The translations under genes and the position numbers were made by a program. A DNA stretch of 64,000 nt, taken from assembly GCA_045224915.1 (NCBI GenBank), contig JBGVAV010000023.1:16431-80430 (forward strand), read 5' to 3'. This stretch comes from Treponema sp. (GTDB lineage Bacteria; Spirochaetota; Spirochaetia; Treponematales; Treponemataceae). Below are positions 9,267-18,757 of the stretch, piece by piece; position 1 is the first letter of the stretch; each line of letters begins with the position of its first letter. Below the pieces are notes generated by a model. It saw only the letters and a list, made by a program, of their open reading frames with translations. It had not been told where the DNA came from and searched no databases.

Positions 9267-10631
9267 TTATCTCTTTCGGCGGCGGTCGGCATGCTTTGTG
9301 TAATATTCAGTTTTATCCTGGTACATCTGGGCGTCTGCACGCTGAACAACAGCCTTTACTTCGGTGTCTTCCGGGGTATATACAGAAAATCCCTTTGAAA
9401 TAGCAAGAGGAATATGAACCTCGTTTTTACTGATGATTTTTGAGTTAACTTCGGTTGAAATCTTGTCAAAAATGATTTTCATCTGTTCTTCTGAAACGTT
9501 TTCTACAAGCAAAACAAACTCATCGCCACCAATGCGGAATAAAGATCCCGCCTTAAAGAATTTCTTAAGTATTTCGGCTGCAGAAACAATCATCAGGTCA
9601 CCTGTTTCGTGTCCGTAATCATCATTTGCATTTTTAAGGCCGTTTATATCAAAAATTGCAACAGCAAAACTTAAATCACCTTTTCCAATTTTTTTATTGA
9701 GCTTTTCTTTTACTTCAAAATAAGCGTTGCGGTTTCCTATACCTGTAAGAACATCGGTGTAAGCCATTTTATGAGCTTTTACAATATAATCACGAAGCTC
9801 CTTACGCACACTTCTAAGTCTGTCATAAATTTCCTGAAGCAATGTTGATGTATCTGTAGCCTTGAACTTATTAGGATTCATATAGCGTTCTGCATCTACA
9901 CTCTGGAAGCCTGTTGTAAGGCTAAGCTCTTCTGCAAGTTCTTCAATTTCATCTGTCATTTTGCCCATTTCTTTATTGAGCACCTGGAACTGCTTGCGAT
10001 TTCTTCTTGTGAATAAAAGAACAATTCCTCCGCCACCAATAATAGAAAGCACACAGGCAAAAACAATCATCCGGATTTGACGGGCAATCTGTTCTTCATA
10101 CCATTTTGCATTAAAGTCTACACCGATTATTCCGGCAACCTTTCCCTTTGAATCAAAAATCGGGCTGTAAGCGCTGTAGAAGGAACCCCAGGCATCCTGA
10201 TAGGGCTCCTGGTCAACAGAAGGAATGCCTTTACTTGCGGCAATCAAAGCTTCTGTAGTTGCAACAGGCGTTCCAAACTCACCAGGAGTTACAGGTTCCG
10301 GATCGATTGTAAAGGTAAAAGTATTATTGCCCATGTCGCGGATTCCATAAATAAAATCAAGGGCAATCTGCTCTCTAAAATGACGAAGGATATCCAGCGA
10401 TGACTGATATTCCGGAGTATCAACATCTTCCTTCTGAAGCTTTGCCATAATATCGCCATCAAGAAGAGAAGCGGCACTGTTAGCTATATCTAACATACGG
10501 ACATTAATCTGTTCTCTAAGAGTAATAATTGAACGGTGAATAAAAAGAGCGTCGATAAAACCATTTACCAACAAAAGAAAGATAAAAAGATAAACGATAG
10601 GCTGCTTTGAAAAAACAAATTTCTTTTTCAT
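9267..10631 (-). CDS. Membrane-bound diguanylate cyclase (periplasmic sensor + GGDEF)
   Basis: Two TM helices flanking a Cache-like region; D.LTG.GNR, DINGLK..ND.YGH..GD, RIGGDEF. Confidence 0.92.
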   Translation of the reverse strand: MKKKFVFSKQPIVYLFIFLLLVNGFIDALFIHRSIITLREQINVRMLDIANSAASLLDGDIMAKLQKEDVDTPEYQSSLDILRHFREQIALDFIYGIRDMGNNTFTFTIDPEPVTPGEFGTPVATTEALIAASKGIPSVDQEPYQDAWGSFYSAYSPIFDSKGKVAGIIGVDFNAKWYEEQIARQIRMIVFACVLSIIGGGGIVLLFTRRNRKQFQVLNKEMGKMTDEIEELAEELSLTTGFQSVDAERYMNPNKFKATDTSTLLQEIYDRLRSVRKELRDYIVKAHKMAYTDVLTGIGNRNAYFEVKEKLNKKIGKGDLSFAVAIFDINGLKNANDDYGHETGDLMIVSAAEILKKFFKAGSLFRIGGDEFVLLVENVSEEQMKIIFDKISTEVNSKIISKNEVHIPLAISKGFSVYTPEDTEVKAVVQRADAQMYQDKTEYYTKHADRRRKR

Positions 10632-10644
10632 TCTTTCCTTCTTT

Positions 10645-12234
10645 CTATTCTGCCTGCCTTACAAAAGTATAAGCTTTTCCTTCTGTTGCAAAGCAATCTG
10701 TTGGAGTAATTTTTACAGGTGTAAAAATTATTGTATCATAATCTGTAACAATTTTTTCTACAGTTTTCTTTTTTACTGTTTCTGTTACAGTTTTTGTTCC
10801 AAACTCAAGAGCATAAAAAGGATTAAGAACAGTATTAAATGATGTTGAACGCAAAGCAAGAACATCGTAAGTGCCAATCTTCATCATTGAATAAAGGCCT
10901 GCTTCCTGCATGTTATCAAAATCAAAGGTATACTTGCTTTCTTTAAGAGAGATTGCATTTAAGCCGTCAGCAGTTTTCCATTCTTCTTCACTTTCAAGCT
11001 GGGCTAAAATCTGATTCTTTTCATGTTCATCTGTTTCTTCAAAAGAACTCTGAAGACTCATTTTTTTGTACTGGCCGTCCCATTCAGAACTTTCTTTAAT
11101 TGCAAGACCAATTGAGTCGTAAAGAGTGATTTTTATTTCATCAACAGAAACAAGAAGAACATCAAAGCGGCGCTGAAGATTTGTAATATCGGCATTTACT
11201 GTATAAAGATAGATTCCGTTATGACGAAGCTTGTTGTCTTCCCATTCATAAACTTCCTGAGAGTCAGACTGAAGAAGGATAATTTCGCGGGCTTCGTAAT
11301 TATAATAAATATAGCGGATTACATTATCTTCATTTGAAGTTTTATACCAAAGTCCATTAAGGAAGGCTGCAAAGGTTTCTACAGTTCCATCCTGAATGCG
11401 CGAAAGCTCTTTTGCAGCAAGCTTACCTGCAGTAACCTTAATTTCATTTGAGAACTCATATTTTTTTGAAGAAGAGTTCCATTTATATTCTTTTTGAATC
11501 TGATTCTGGCCAGCTACAGTATTACCATTTTCGTCTGTGATTTTTTCTGATTCATAAACCCACACAGAAAAGCTTTCGCCTTTTGAAAGAGAAAGCTGAT
11601 ACGAATCTGAACGCTCAGTCTGCTGAATAAAAATTGTTCCGTCAGAAACAAAATCACCAATTTTTACAAGGGCTCCGCGAACGCCTTCTACATCTTCGTA
11701 ATCGCCTGTTCCACCAGAAGGATCCCACAGGAAAATCTGCATTACATAGTTTTCATCATCTGCAACACCCTGGTAAATAAGAGCATTTCTGTGGTCGCCA
11801 GTCAAATCCATTCCCGAAAGAGAAAAAGTTCTGATTTTTGAAATTGAAGTTGGAATATCGCCAAGTCTGTCGTAATCTGCAGTTTCCGGATTAAAAAGCC
11901 CGGGGATAATTGTAAATACATCTGAACCAAGACGTCGTACTGTGATTATTTCGTCATCATAGCCGTCATTGTTAAAATCGATTGTAATTGTATTGATAAG
12001 TGTTTCTGATGGAAGAAGTGTTATAAAGGTATCAAGCGTTTCTGAATTATAGCCGGAATTAAGTTTTTCGGCATCTGCTTCGTTTTCTGTATTATGAGAA
12101 CTTTTTGGAGTTACAATTTTTGCGCGCGTAGTTGTATTTTCGTTTGTTCGTATGATTTTTTTAGAAGCCCAAAATCCTGCGCCCAAAAGAATAGCAACTA
12201 AAATGAACAATAATGTAATTGATCTTGTTCTCAT
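10645..12234 (-). CDS. Spirochete N-anchored exported protein, possibly pallilysin-related adhesin family
   Basis: N-terminal TM anchor; DFNNDGYDDE and DLTGD Ca-binding-like loops; family name recalled, not verified. Confidence 0.5.
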   Translation of the reverse strand: MRTRSITLLFILVAILLGAGFWASKKIIRTNENTTTRAKIVTPKSSHNTENEADAEKLNSGYNSETLDTFITLLPSETLINTITIDFNNDGYDDEIITVRRLGSDVFTIIPGLFNPETADYDRLGDIPTSISKIRTFSLSGMDLTGDHRNALIYQGVADDENYVMQIFLWDPSGGTGDYEDVEGVRGALVKIGDFVSDGTIFIQQTERSDSYQLSLSKGESFSVWVYESEKITDENGNTVAGQNQIQKEYKWNSSSKKYEFSNEIKVTAGKLAAKELSRIQDGTVETFAAFLNGLWYKTSNEDNVIRYIYYNYEAREIILLQSDSQEVYEWEDNKLRHNGIYLYTVNADITNLQRRFDVLLVSVDEIKITLYDSIGLAIKESSEWDGQYKKMSLQSSFEETDEHEKNQILAQLESEEEWKTADGLNAISLKESKYTFDFDNMQEAGLYSMMKIGTYDVLALRSTSFNTVLNPFYALEFGTKTVTETVKKKTVEKIVTDYDTIIFTPVKITPTDCFATEGKAYTFVRQAE

Positions 12235-12325
12235 AGTTCCACTTTAACGTATTTTTTCAAAAAGAAAAAGATAGTAAAAAGCATTGGTATTCTACTATTC
12301 CAAAAAATTCTATATACTCATAAGC

Positions 12326-13012
12326 ATGGAACAATACAAAAAAGAATTTATTGATTTTATGGTTGCGAGCCAGGTGCTCAAGTTTGGCTCTTTCACTCTT
12401 AAAAGTGGAAGACAGTCTCCTTTCTTTATGAATGCAGGTGCATATATTACAGGCGCTCAGCTCAAAAAGCTTGGTGAATATTATGCAAAAGCTGTTCACG
12501 ATAATTTTGGCGATGATATTGATGTATTCTTTGGACCAGCTTACAAGGGCATTCCTCTTGCAGTAACAACTGCAATTGCTTACTCAGAGCTCTACGGAAA
12601 AGAAGTAAAATACTGCTGTGACCGTAAAGAAGAAAAAGACCATGGTGCCGACAAGGGTGGAATTCTTGGTTATAAAATCCAGGATGGTGATAAGGTTGTT
12701 ATTATAGAAGACGTTACAACCTCCGGAAAATCAATTGAAGAAGTTTATCCAAAAATCAAGGCGCTTGAAACAACAGAAGGCGGCATTAAGATTCTTGGAG
12801 AAATTGTAAGCCTTGACCGTCAGGAACGCGCGCCAGATTCAGAAAAATCAGCATTACAGGTTATTGCACAGAACTACGGCTTTAAGACAGCTGCAATTGT
12901 GAGCATGGCAGATGTAATGGAAGCTCTTTACACAAACGGCGATAAATCTGTAATAACAGACGAAATTAAAACTAAACTTGATGAATATTATGCCCAGTGG
13001 GGTGCTAAATAA
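12326..13012 (+). CDS. pyrE: Orotate phosphoribosyltransferase
   Basis: LKFGSFTLKSGRQSPFF, GPAYKGIPL, DRKEEKDHG, VVIIEDVTTSG. Confidence 0.96.
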   Translation: MEQYKKEFIDFMVASQVLKFGSFTLKSGRQSPFFMNAGAYITGAQLKKLGEYYAKAVHDNFGDDIDVFFGPAYKGIPLAVTTAIAYSELYGKEVKYCCDRKEEKDHGADKGGILGYKIQDGDKVVIIEDVTTSGKSIEEVYPKIKALETTEGGIKILGEIVSLDRQERAPDSEKSALQVIAQNYGFKTAAIVSMADVMEALYTNGDKSVITDEIKTKLDEYYAQWGAK

Positions 13013-13029
13013 ATAACGAGGAAGTTCAT

Positions 13030-13965
13030 ATGAAATACTTTGTACGAAAAATCTCAATTGTATTTTTGATGCTTTTGCTTTGTATGAGTTTAAGCGCAAA
13101 ATCAAGAAAGACTATTACAAAGAAGGTTAAGAAAAATGCAAGGGGTACAAGCGAAAAAACTGTACAGGCCCCGGAATACCCAAAAGCAATTGTTACACTT
13201 TCTCCAAGTGCTGCAGAAATTCTTTATGCAATTGGAGCTCAGGACCAGATTGTAGCAGTAAGTGAGTTTACTGATTATCCGCCTGAAGCAGCAGAAAAAC
13301 CAGTTGTTGGTGGATTTGATGGAAAGACTTTGAGCATTGAAACAATCATTTCATATGAACCTGATTTTGTGTACCTTACAGAAGGCATGCACAACTTTTT
13401 GATTGATTCCCTTAATACTTACGGAATTAAATGGTACCTTTCAAATCCTACTTCTGTTACTGCAATTGAAAAAGAAATTATTGATATTGGAGAAATTACA
13501 GGACATCAGGATGAAGCAGCACTTGTTGTTGCACAGATGGCTGGAAAATTAAGCACAGCATATGTTCCTGCCCCGGAAAAAACAGAAGACGATGAAGTTG
13601 AAACTTTGGATAACACAATAACTGTTTACTACGAAGTCTGGAACAGTCCTTTTATGTCTGCAGGCGCTTCGTCGTTTATTAATGACATTATTGCTCATGC
13701 AGGCGCTAAGAATCTTTTTGAAGATCTTACAGATGCTTACCCAATGGTTAGTGAAGAAGCAATTATTGCACGCGCACCTGATGTAATTCTTATTCCAAAG
13801 AGTACAGGAATTACCGCAGCTGATGTAAAAGCAAGACCGGGCTGGAGCTCTATTCCTGCAGTTGAAAACAATAGAATCTTTATTGTTGATGACAACTTGT
13901 ATTCACGCCCTGTTCCAAGAATTGCAGATGTAATTATTGAGCTTGCAGATCTTATAAACCAGTAG
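13030..13965 (+). CDS. Cobalamin/iron-complex ABC transporter substrate-binding protein (BtuF-like)
   Basis: IVTLSPSAAEILYAIG...DYPPEA, VYYEVW, PAVENNRIF...SRP.PR. Confidence 0.88.
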   Translation: MKYFVRKISIVFLMLLLCMSLSAKSRKTITKKVKKNARGTSEKTVQAPEYPKAIVTLSPSAAEILYAIGAQDQIVAVSEFTDYPPEAAEKPVVGGFDGKTLSIETIISYEPDFVYLTEGMHNFLIDSLNTYGIKWYLSNPTSVTAIEKEIIDIGEITGHQDEAALVVAQMAGKLSTAYVPAPEKTEDDEVETLDNTITVYYEVWNSPFMSAGASSFINDIIAHAGAKNLFEDLTDAYPMVSEEAIIARAPDVILIPKSTGITAADVKARPGWSSIPAVENNRIFIVDDNLYSRPVPRIADVIIELADLINQ

Positions 13966-13975
13966 ATTTTTTATA

Positions 13976-14986
13976 ATGGCAAAACGTCAACCGCTTTATG
14001 CTCTGATTTTTTCTATTGTATTAGTTCTCTCGCTTGTTGCCGCTCTGATTTTTGGAGCCGAAAAGCTGCCTTTTCAAGTGATATTTGGACAGGGCACTAA
14101 ATTCCAGAACATCATACTTTGGAAAATCCGATTGCCACGATGCCTGCTTGTTCTTGTTACAGGCTTACTTCTTGGTGGAAGCGGTGCCGTATTCCAGTTG
14201 TTTTTCCGTAACCCGCTCGCAGAACCTGGCATTATGGGAATCTCTTCGGGCGCTACACTTGGGGCTGTAATTGCAACAGTCATTCTTGCAGGACATACTT
14301 TACCACCGGCACTCGAACCTGTTTTTAAGTTTATTTCTCCAATAAACCTTTGTGCGTTTTTGGGTGCGCTCGCTTCGGGATTTTTTGTAACAGCCCTTGC
14401 CTTTAGTAAAGCGGGAAAAGCCTCTTCTGTAATGCTTTTACTTTGCGGTACTGCTCTTGGAACTCTCTATTCTTCTATTTCTTCTGCAATTCTTCTTACA
14501 AGCAACAAAGAGCTTCACTCAATTTATACCTGGATTTTAGGAAGCTTTAACGGACGCGGCTGGAAGGAGCTTATTTTTATTGCAATTCCTTCTGCGCTTT
14601 CTATTATTATTGCATTTGCAGTTTCCCGTCCGCTTGATCTTCTTACATGTGGAGAAAAAACAGCAGCCTCCCTTGGTGTACAGGTAGACCGCCTTAGAAT
14701 ATTTATTTTGATTTGTGGTGCGCTTGCTGTAAGCTCTGCTGTTTGTGCGGGAGGAACAATTGGTTTTGTAGGCCTCATTGCTCCTCATATTGTGCGAAAG
14801 CTTTCGGGACCTAAAAGCAAAACCTTAATTCCTTACAGCATGATGTTTGGAGCCGCCCTTCTCCTGATTTCAGATACAATTGCCAGAACTGCAATTGCAC
14901 CAGGCGAACTCCCGGCAGGAATTATTACTTCAATACTGGGAGTGCCTTTCTTTATTTCTCTTTGCCTTACCAGAAAGAATAGTTAA
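13976..14986 (+). CDS. FecCD/BtuC-family ABC permease
   Basis: IRLPR, FRNPLAEPGIMGISSGA, GTIGFVGLIAPH, ELPAGIIT. Confidence 0.93.
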   Translation: MAKRQPLYALIFSIVLVLSLVAALIFGAEKLPFQVIFGQGTKFQNIILWKIRLPRCLLVLVTGLLLGGSGAVFQLFFRNPLAEPGIMGISSGATLGAVIATVILAGHTLPPALEPVFKFISPINLCAFLGALASGFFVTALAFSKAGKASSVMLLLCGTALGTLYSSISSAILLTSNKELHSIYTWILGSFNGRGWKELIFIAIPSALSIIIAFAVSRPLDLLTCGEKTAASLGVQVDRLRIFILICGALAVSSAVCAGGTIGFVGLIAPHIVRKLSGPKSKTLIPYSMMFGAALLLISDTIARTAIAPGELPAGIITSILGVPFFISLCLTRKNS

Positions 14987-16517
14987 AATCTGTAAACCCA
15001 GCTTTTCCGCCAGCCTGTTTTGTTGAATAACAGAACAGTGCAAAACGAACTCCAACAAACTGGTCCAGAGTATATCGCAGTTTTACTGGTGTTAAAAGCG
15101 TCTGATACTCACCTTTACCTGGTTTTTCCCTGTATAAAAGCTCAACCTGCTGTTTTGCACGAGTCAAATCAAAGTTCAGTTTAAGCTCAAGCTTTGGAGA
15201 CTTAAGAGAGATTTCTTCTTTGATAGTCGGTGGTTCTGTATCAAACACGCCCATTGCCCAAGGTTCATTTTTTGATTTATGTTCTGCGGCAACAAGATAG
15301 TATTTACCTTCGCGCTTTGTTACTGCAATAAAGCCGTATTCTCCTTCTAAAGCGGCAAGACCTGCAAAGTCGCCCTCACCTATCTGGCTTGCATCTATTA
15401 CAACAGAGCCTGCACATTTTTCTGTGAGCGTTCGCTGTGTGTATGTATTTGCAGCCTGAGTTATATTTTTTACAACCTTTTTTGTCTGTATTGTGTAAAG
15501 GTTGTTCTCCAAAGTATATCCGCGAGGATCCGGTATATGATTCCATTGCCAGGCAGGGTTCTTAAAATCGTTACTCCACAGAGGGGCGTATTTGTAACCA
15601 GGATTGTTATCGAGGACTGTTACAACTTCTGGAGCAGTAGCGGTCCCTGAGCCTGTCGAAGGGTTACCAAAAATCGGATATCCTTCCTCTCCAAAAACAA
15701 CAGGCACAAGCACAGGAATGCGTCCCAGTGCCCCGTGATCCTGAAAAAGAATACCGAACCAGTTGCCTTCTTTATCCTGAACAATGCCGCCCTGAGCTAC
15801 TCCGCTGTTCCAGTTACCCAAATCTGAACAAAGAACATCACCACCTGTCCAAGGACCTTCAATGTTGTCTGCAACATAACAGCCTTCGGTGCGCATTTTT
15901 CCTTTAGGCATGTGAATCATAAAGTTATAATAGCGGCCGTTTATTTTATAAAGATGACTTCCTTCATAACCAAGGTTCACCTTTTCACGATCATCCTGAA
16001 TTATAACCTTATCAACTCCACCTTTTTTTGGACCGCTCAAATCACTTTCAAGCTCGGTAAGATGAATATCTGTATTTCCGTGAACAACAAAAACCCTTCC
16101 ATCATCATCCCAGAAAAGCGACATGTCATGATAAAAACCCTTTATTTCTGAACGTTCCCATGGACCTTCAATTTTCTCTGAAGTAAAAAGATATGTTTTA
16201 TGTGTGTCGTTTGCAACAAAGCTTACATAAAATTTATCATCATGATATCTCAGCGAAGCTGCCCACATTCCTTTTCCATAAACACCACGGTTATCCATGA
16301 GCAGCTGGCCGTTAGTTGTTTCTAACTTATCATAAACATAAGACGCAAATTCCCAGTCAACAAGATTATAAGAACGCAGGATTACACAGCCTGGCATAAA
16401 ATGCATTGTGGTGCTTACCATGTAATAAACATCATCAACTCGAATTACATCAGGATCAGGAAAGTCAGAAATAATGATGTTAGCAGAAGCGGTTTTTTTC
16501 ATATTCACCATGGACAT
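14967..16517 (-). CDS. GH43 beta-xylosidase/arabinofuranosidase with C-terminal beta-sandwich
   Basis: DFPDPDVIRV, WAASLRYH, YEGSHLYKING, AQGGIV, WQWNH; no signal peptide. Confidence 0.92.
   Translation of the reverse strand: MSMVNMKKTASANIIISDFPDPDVIRVDDVYYMVSTTMHFMPGCVILRSYNLVDWEFASYVYDKLETTNGQLLMDNRGVYGKGMWAASLRYHDDKFYVSFVANDTHKTYLFTSEKIEGPWERSEIKGFYHDMSLFWDDDGRVFVVHGNTDIHLTELESDLSGPKKGGVDKVIIQDDREKVNLGYEGSHLYKINGRYYNFMIHMPKGKMRTEGCYVADNIEGPWTGGDVLCSDLGNWNSGVAQGGIVQDKEGNWFGILFQDHGALGRIPVLVPVVFGEEGYPIFGNPSTGSGTATAPEVVTVLDNNPGYKYAPLWSNDFKNPAWQWNHIPDPRGYTLENNLYTIQTKKVVKNITQAANTYTQRTLTEKCAGSVVIDASQIGEGDFAGLAALEGEYGFIAVTKREGKYYLVAAEHKSKNEPWAMGVFDTEPPTIKEEISLKSPKLELKLNFDLTRAKQQVELLYREKPGKGEYQTLLTPVKLRYTLDQFVGVRFALFCYSTKQAGGKAGFTDFNYSFW
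15640..15663. repeat. Palindromic element family B, in-frame inside GH43 gene
   Basis: gcggtccctgagcctgtcgaaggg, 23/24 identical to 31481-31504. Confidence 0.8.
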
Positions 16518-17315
16518 TCAATTAACTTCAATTGCACCTATGTCTGTTCTAACCCTAAGACGCTTGGAAGAATCACCTTTATGAGTGTATTTTCGCTTAG
16601 CATTATGTCCATTAATTGTAATACCGCCAAGATCCGAAGAGATATTAACATCATATTTATCTACAGATTCAATAAGATCAATAGAAACTGCACCAACATC
16701 AGATTCAACATCAAGATCTTTAAAACCTACTTTCGAAATTGAAATAGCGCCTACATTTGTATCAACAGAGCCAGTCTTAACATCAAAACCACTCAAGTCT
16801 ATAGCACCAACATCCAGGTTTGCATAAAGCTTATCAAGTTCTACACCAAATGGAACTGTAATAATTACACGACAATCCTTGTTTCCAAGAACATTATTTC
16901 TGTAGTGTGGCTGCGAAATTGAAAGCTTTTTATTTTTCAAAGTGTATACAGGCTTAAGATTCTTCTGACTATATTTTGATTTTATTTCCCATTTGTTGCC
17001 GCGTTCTATTTTAAGAGCACCAACCTTAAGACGAACACTAAGATCTTTAAATTCACCAATTACTTCTGAATCAAAAGATTTTGGATCGGCTGTATCAAAG
17101 TCAAAATCATTCCACGAATCGTCTTCATCATAATCATTATCTTCATAATAATCGTCAAAATCAAAATCAAAATCTCCACTGCGGATTCCTTCTTTGATAG
17201 ACGATCTTAAAGAACGCATATCTTTATCGTGAATAGAAATGTGACGTACTGCACCTGCAATAATACAGATTACTGTTATGCCCGTAATTATAATTAAGAA
17301 AATATTTCTTTTCAT
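16518..17315 (-). CDS. DUF4097 (Toastrack/putative adhesin) beta-repeat protein with N-terminal TM anchor
   Basis: Repeated xxVGAI.. beta units (LDVGAIDL, TNVGAISI, SDVGAVSI, SDLGGITI, TDIGAIEV). Confidence 0.8.
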   Translation of the reverse strand: MKRNIFLIIITGITVICIIAGAVRHISIHDKDMRSLRSSIKEGIRSGDFDFDFDDYYEDNDYDEDDSWNDFDFDTADPKSFDSEVIGEFKDLSVRLKVGALKIERGNKWEIKSKYSQKNLKPVYTLKNKKLSISQPHYRNNVLGNKDCRVIITVPFGVELDKLYANLDVGAIDLSGFDVKTGSVDTNVGAISISKVGFKDLDVESDVGAVSIDLIESVDKYDVNISSDLGGITINGHNAKRKYTHKGDSSKRLRVRTDIGAIEVN

Positions 17316-17327
17316 TTTTATCCCCCG

Positions 17328-18299
17328 TTATTCTTCTGAGCTTAAATTAATAATAAGCTTATGAACAACTCCTGCGATTGGCCAGATTATCCAGGAAATC
17401 CACCACTGGAAGGTCAGGAAGCTGTAACAAAGATAGATACAAGTTACAGTTGGCCAGTATACAGACATTATAGCACGCATTGTCTTATTTCTGTAAAAGG
17501 GTTCTTTGTCGCGGGAACCTGTATAAGTTCCACCAATTGTTGTTTCTGAATTCAAGTTGAGAAGTCTCTGATATGCTGTATAGCGTCTGTTACTATAAGT
17601 AAAACAAACTACACCAGCGGCAATAAACAGAAAGAAAAAGATTCCTGACCATGATTCATTAATTCTGTGTGAAAGATCATCAAGGATGATTGCAGGAACA
17701 ACACTGCAGATACAGAAAATAATTCCCAAGGTATTCATGATTGTGTATGCATTTCTGAACTTGCGTTTTTCTTCAGAAACATAATCTGTTGTAGCAGGAC
17801 TGATTGAGCAAGGTTCTGTTCTTATAAATCTCCACTGTTCCATTCTTATTCGAGGAATAACCATTGATGCGACTCCCAAAGCGACGAAGATGAACATGAG
17901 ACAAACACCAAAGACTTCCTTTTGTACAATGCTTCCAAAGAAAATCACAGGCACGCAACAAGTAATAAATAATGCAACTCCTGCAGATCTTATAACAATT
18001 GCTGTAATCAAATCTGAAAGATATTCTTTTACTTCATCCAGAGAAAGATTGCGTCTCTGATGTGGTTCCTGATCATTATGAATAACATGCTTAATTCCAA
18101 GAGAGTCTGCAAGCTCATCAAGATTTCCAAATTCAGAAATTACAGTTGCAACTGCTTCGTTTTCTGATTTTCCTTCGCGTCTGAGTTCTGTGTATTTATC
18201 TTCCATCATCTGAAGAAGCTCTGCTTTTGCTTTAAGAACTTCGTTTGTATTTGGAAGATTTCTGAACATTGATTCAAGATAATTTTTAATTGTTTCCAT
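17328..18299 (-). CDS. Permease-prefix/HAAS-domain multi-TM protein
   Basis: METIKNYLESMF...KAELLQMMEDKY...GKSENEAV..VISEFG.LDEL; about 6 TM helices; SD AGGAGA. Confidence 0.8.
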   Translation of the reverse strand: METIKNYLESMFRNLPNTNEVLKAKAELLQMMEDKYTELRREGKSENEAVATVISEFGNLDELADSLGIKHVIHNDQEPHQRRNLSLDEVKEYLSDLITAIVIRSAGVALFITCCVPVIFFGSIVQKEVFGVCLMFIFVALGVASMVIPRIRMEQWRFIRTEPCSISPATTDYVSEEKRKFRNAYTIMNTLGIIFCICSVVPAIILDDLSHRINESWSGIFFFLFIAAGVVCFTYSNRRYTAYQRLLNLNSETTIGGTYTGSRDKEPFYRNKTMRAIMSVYWPTVTCIYLCYSFLTFQWWISWIIWPIAGVVHKLIINLSSEE

Positions 18300-18312
18300 T
18301 TGTTGTCTCCTG

Positions 18313-18651
18313 TTACATTGATTCTTCTGCAATAAACTTGCCTACAACTTCCTGAGTAAGCTTCCACTCTTCGCATTTTTCGTTGTAATACAAATTTCCT
18401 TTTTCGGTTATACGATAATACGTACGCCTTTTACCGTTCTCGGCCTCCCGCGAAAATGATTCTACATAACCATTTTCTTCCATTCGTGTAAAAGCAGAAT
18501 AGAGCGTTGTTTCCTTAATTATGTACTTCTCATTCGTCATCGCTTTTATACTTTTGGAAATTTCATACCCGTAGGACGGCGCCTTTTTTAGCAGAAACAA
18601 TATCATCGTGTCGTTATAACCGCGGATAACATCACTGCTGATAGATACCAT
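18313..18651 (-). CDS. PadR-family transcriptional regulator
   Basis: DVIRGYNDTMIL...SYGYEISK...KETTLYSAFTRME...RRTYYRIT; start after GGAGG. Confidence 0.92.
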   Translation of the reverse strand: MVSISSDVIRGYNDTMILFLLKKAPSYGYEISKSIKAMTNEKYIIKETTLYSAFTRMEENGYVESFSREAENGKRRTYYRITEKGNLYYNEKCEEWKLTQEVVGKFIAEESM

Positions 18652-18690
18652 AGTGCCTCCTGTGTTATGGCATGCGTGCACCATGCCATA

Positions 18691-18757
18691 TACTCTGTCT
18701 ATCGTACTACGTCTGTCGTAGCACGTTTATCATACTATGACTATCGGAGTATGTCAA
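18691..18757 (-). promoter_or_regulatory. sigma70 promoter TTGACA(18757-18752)-17-TATGAT(18734-18729) overlapped by a 14-bp-period array of TACTACG-N5-CGTAGTA-like sites
   Basis: Units start at 18691, 18705, 18719, 18733. Confidence 0.72.

Noticed and set aside
12235-13029. Cobalamin riboswitch for the Btu-like genes
   Set aside because: Only 17 nt separate pyrE from the binding-protein gene and no B12 box is seen upstream of pyrE, so the substrate remains uncertain
18691-18751. CRISPR or VNTR reading of the 14-bp periodic array
   Set aside because: No spacers, degenerate units, no cas genes; overlap with the promoter fits operators
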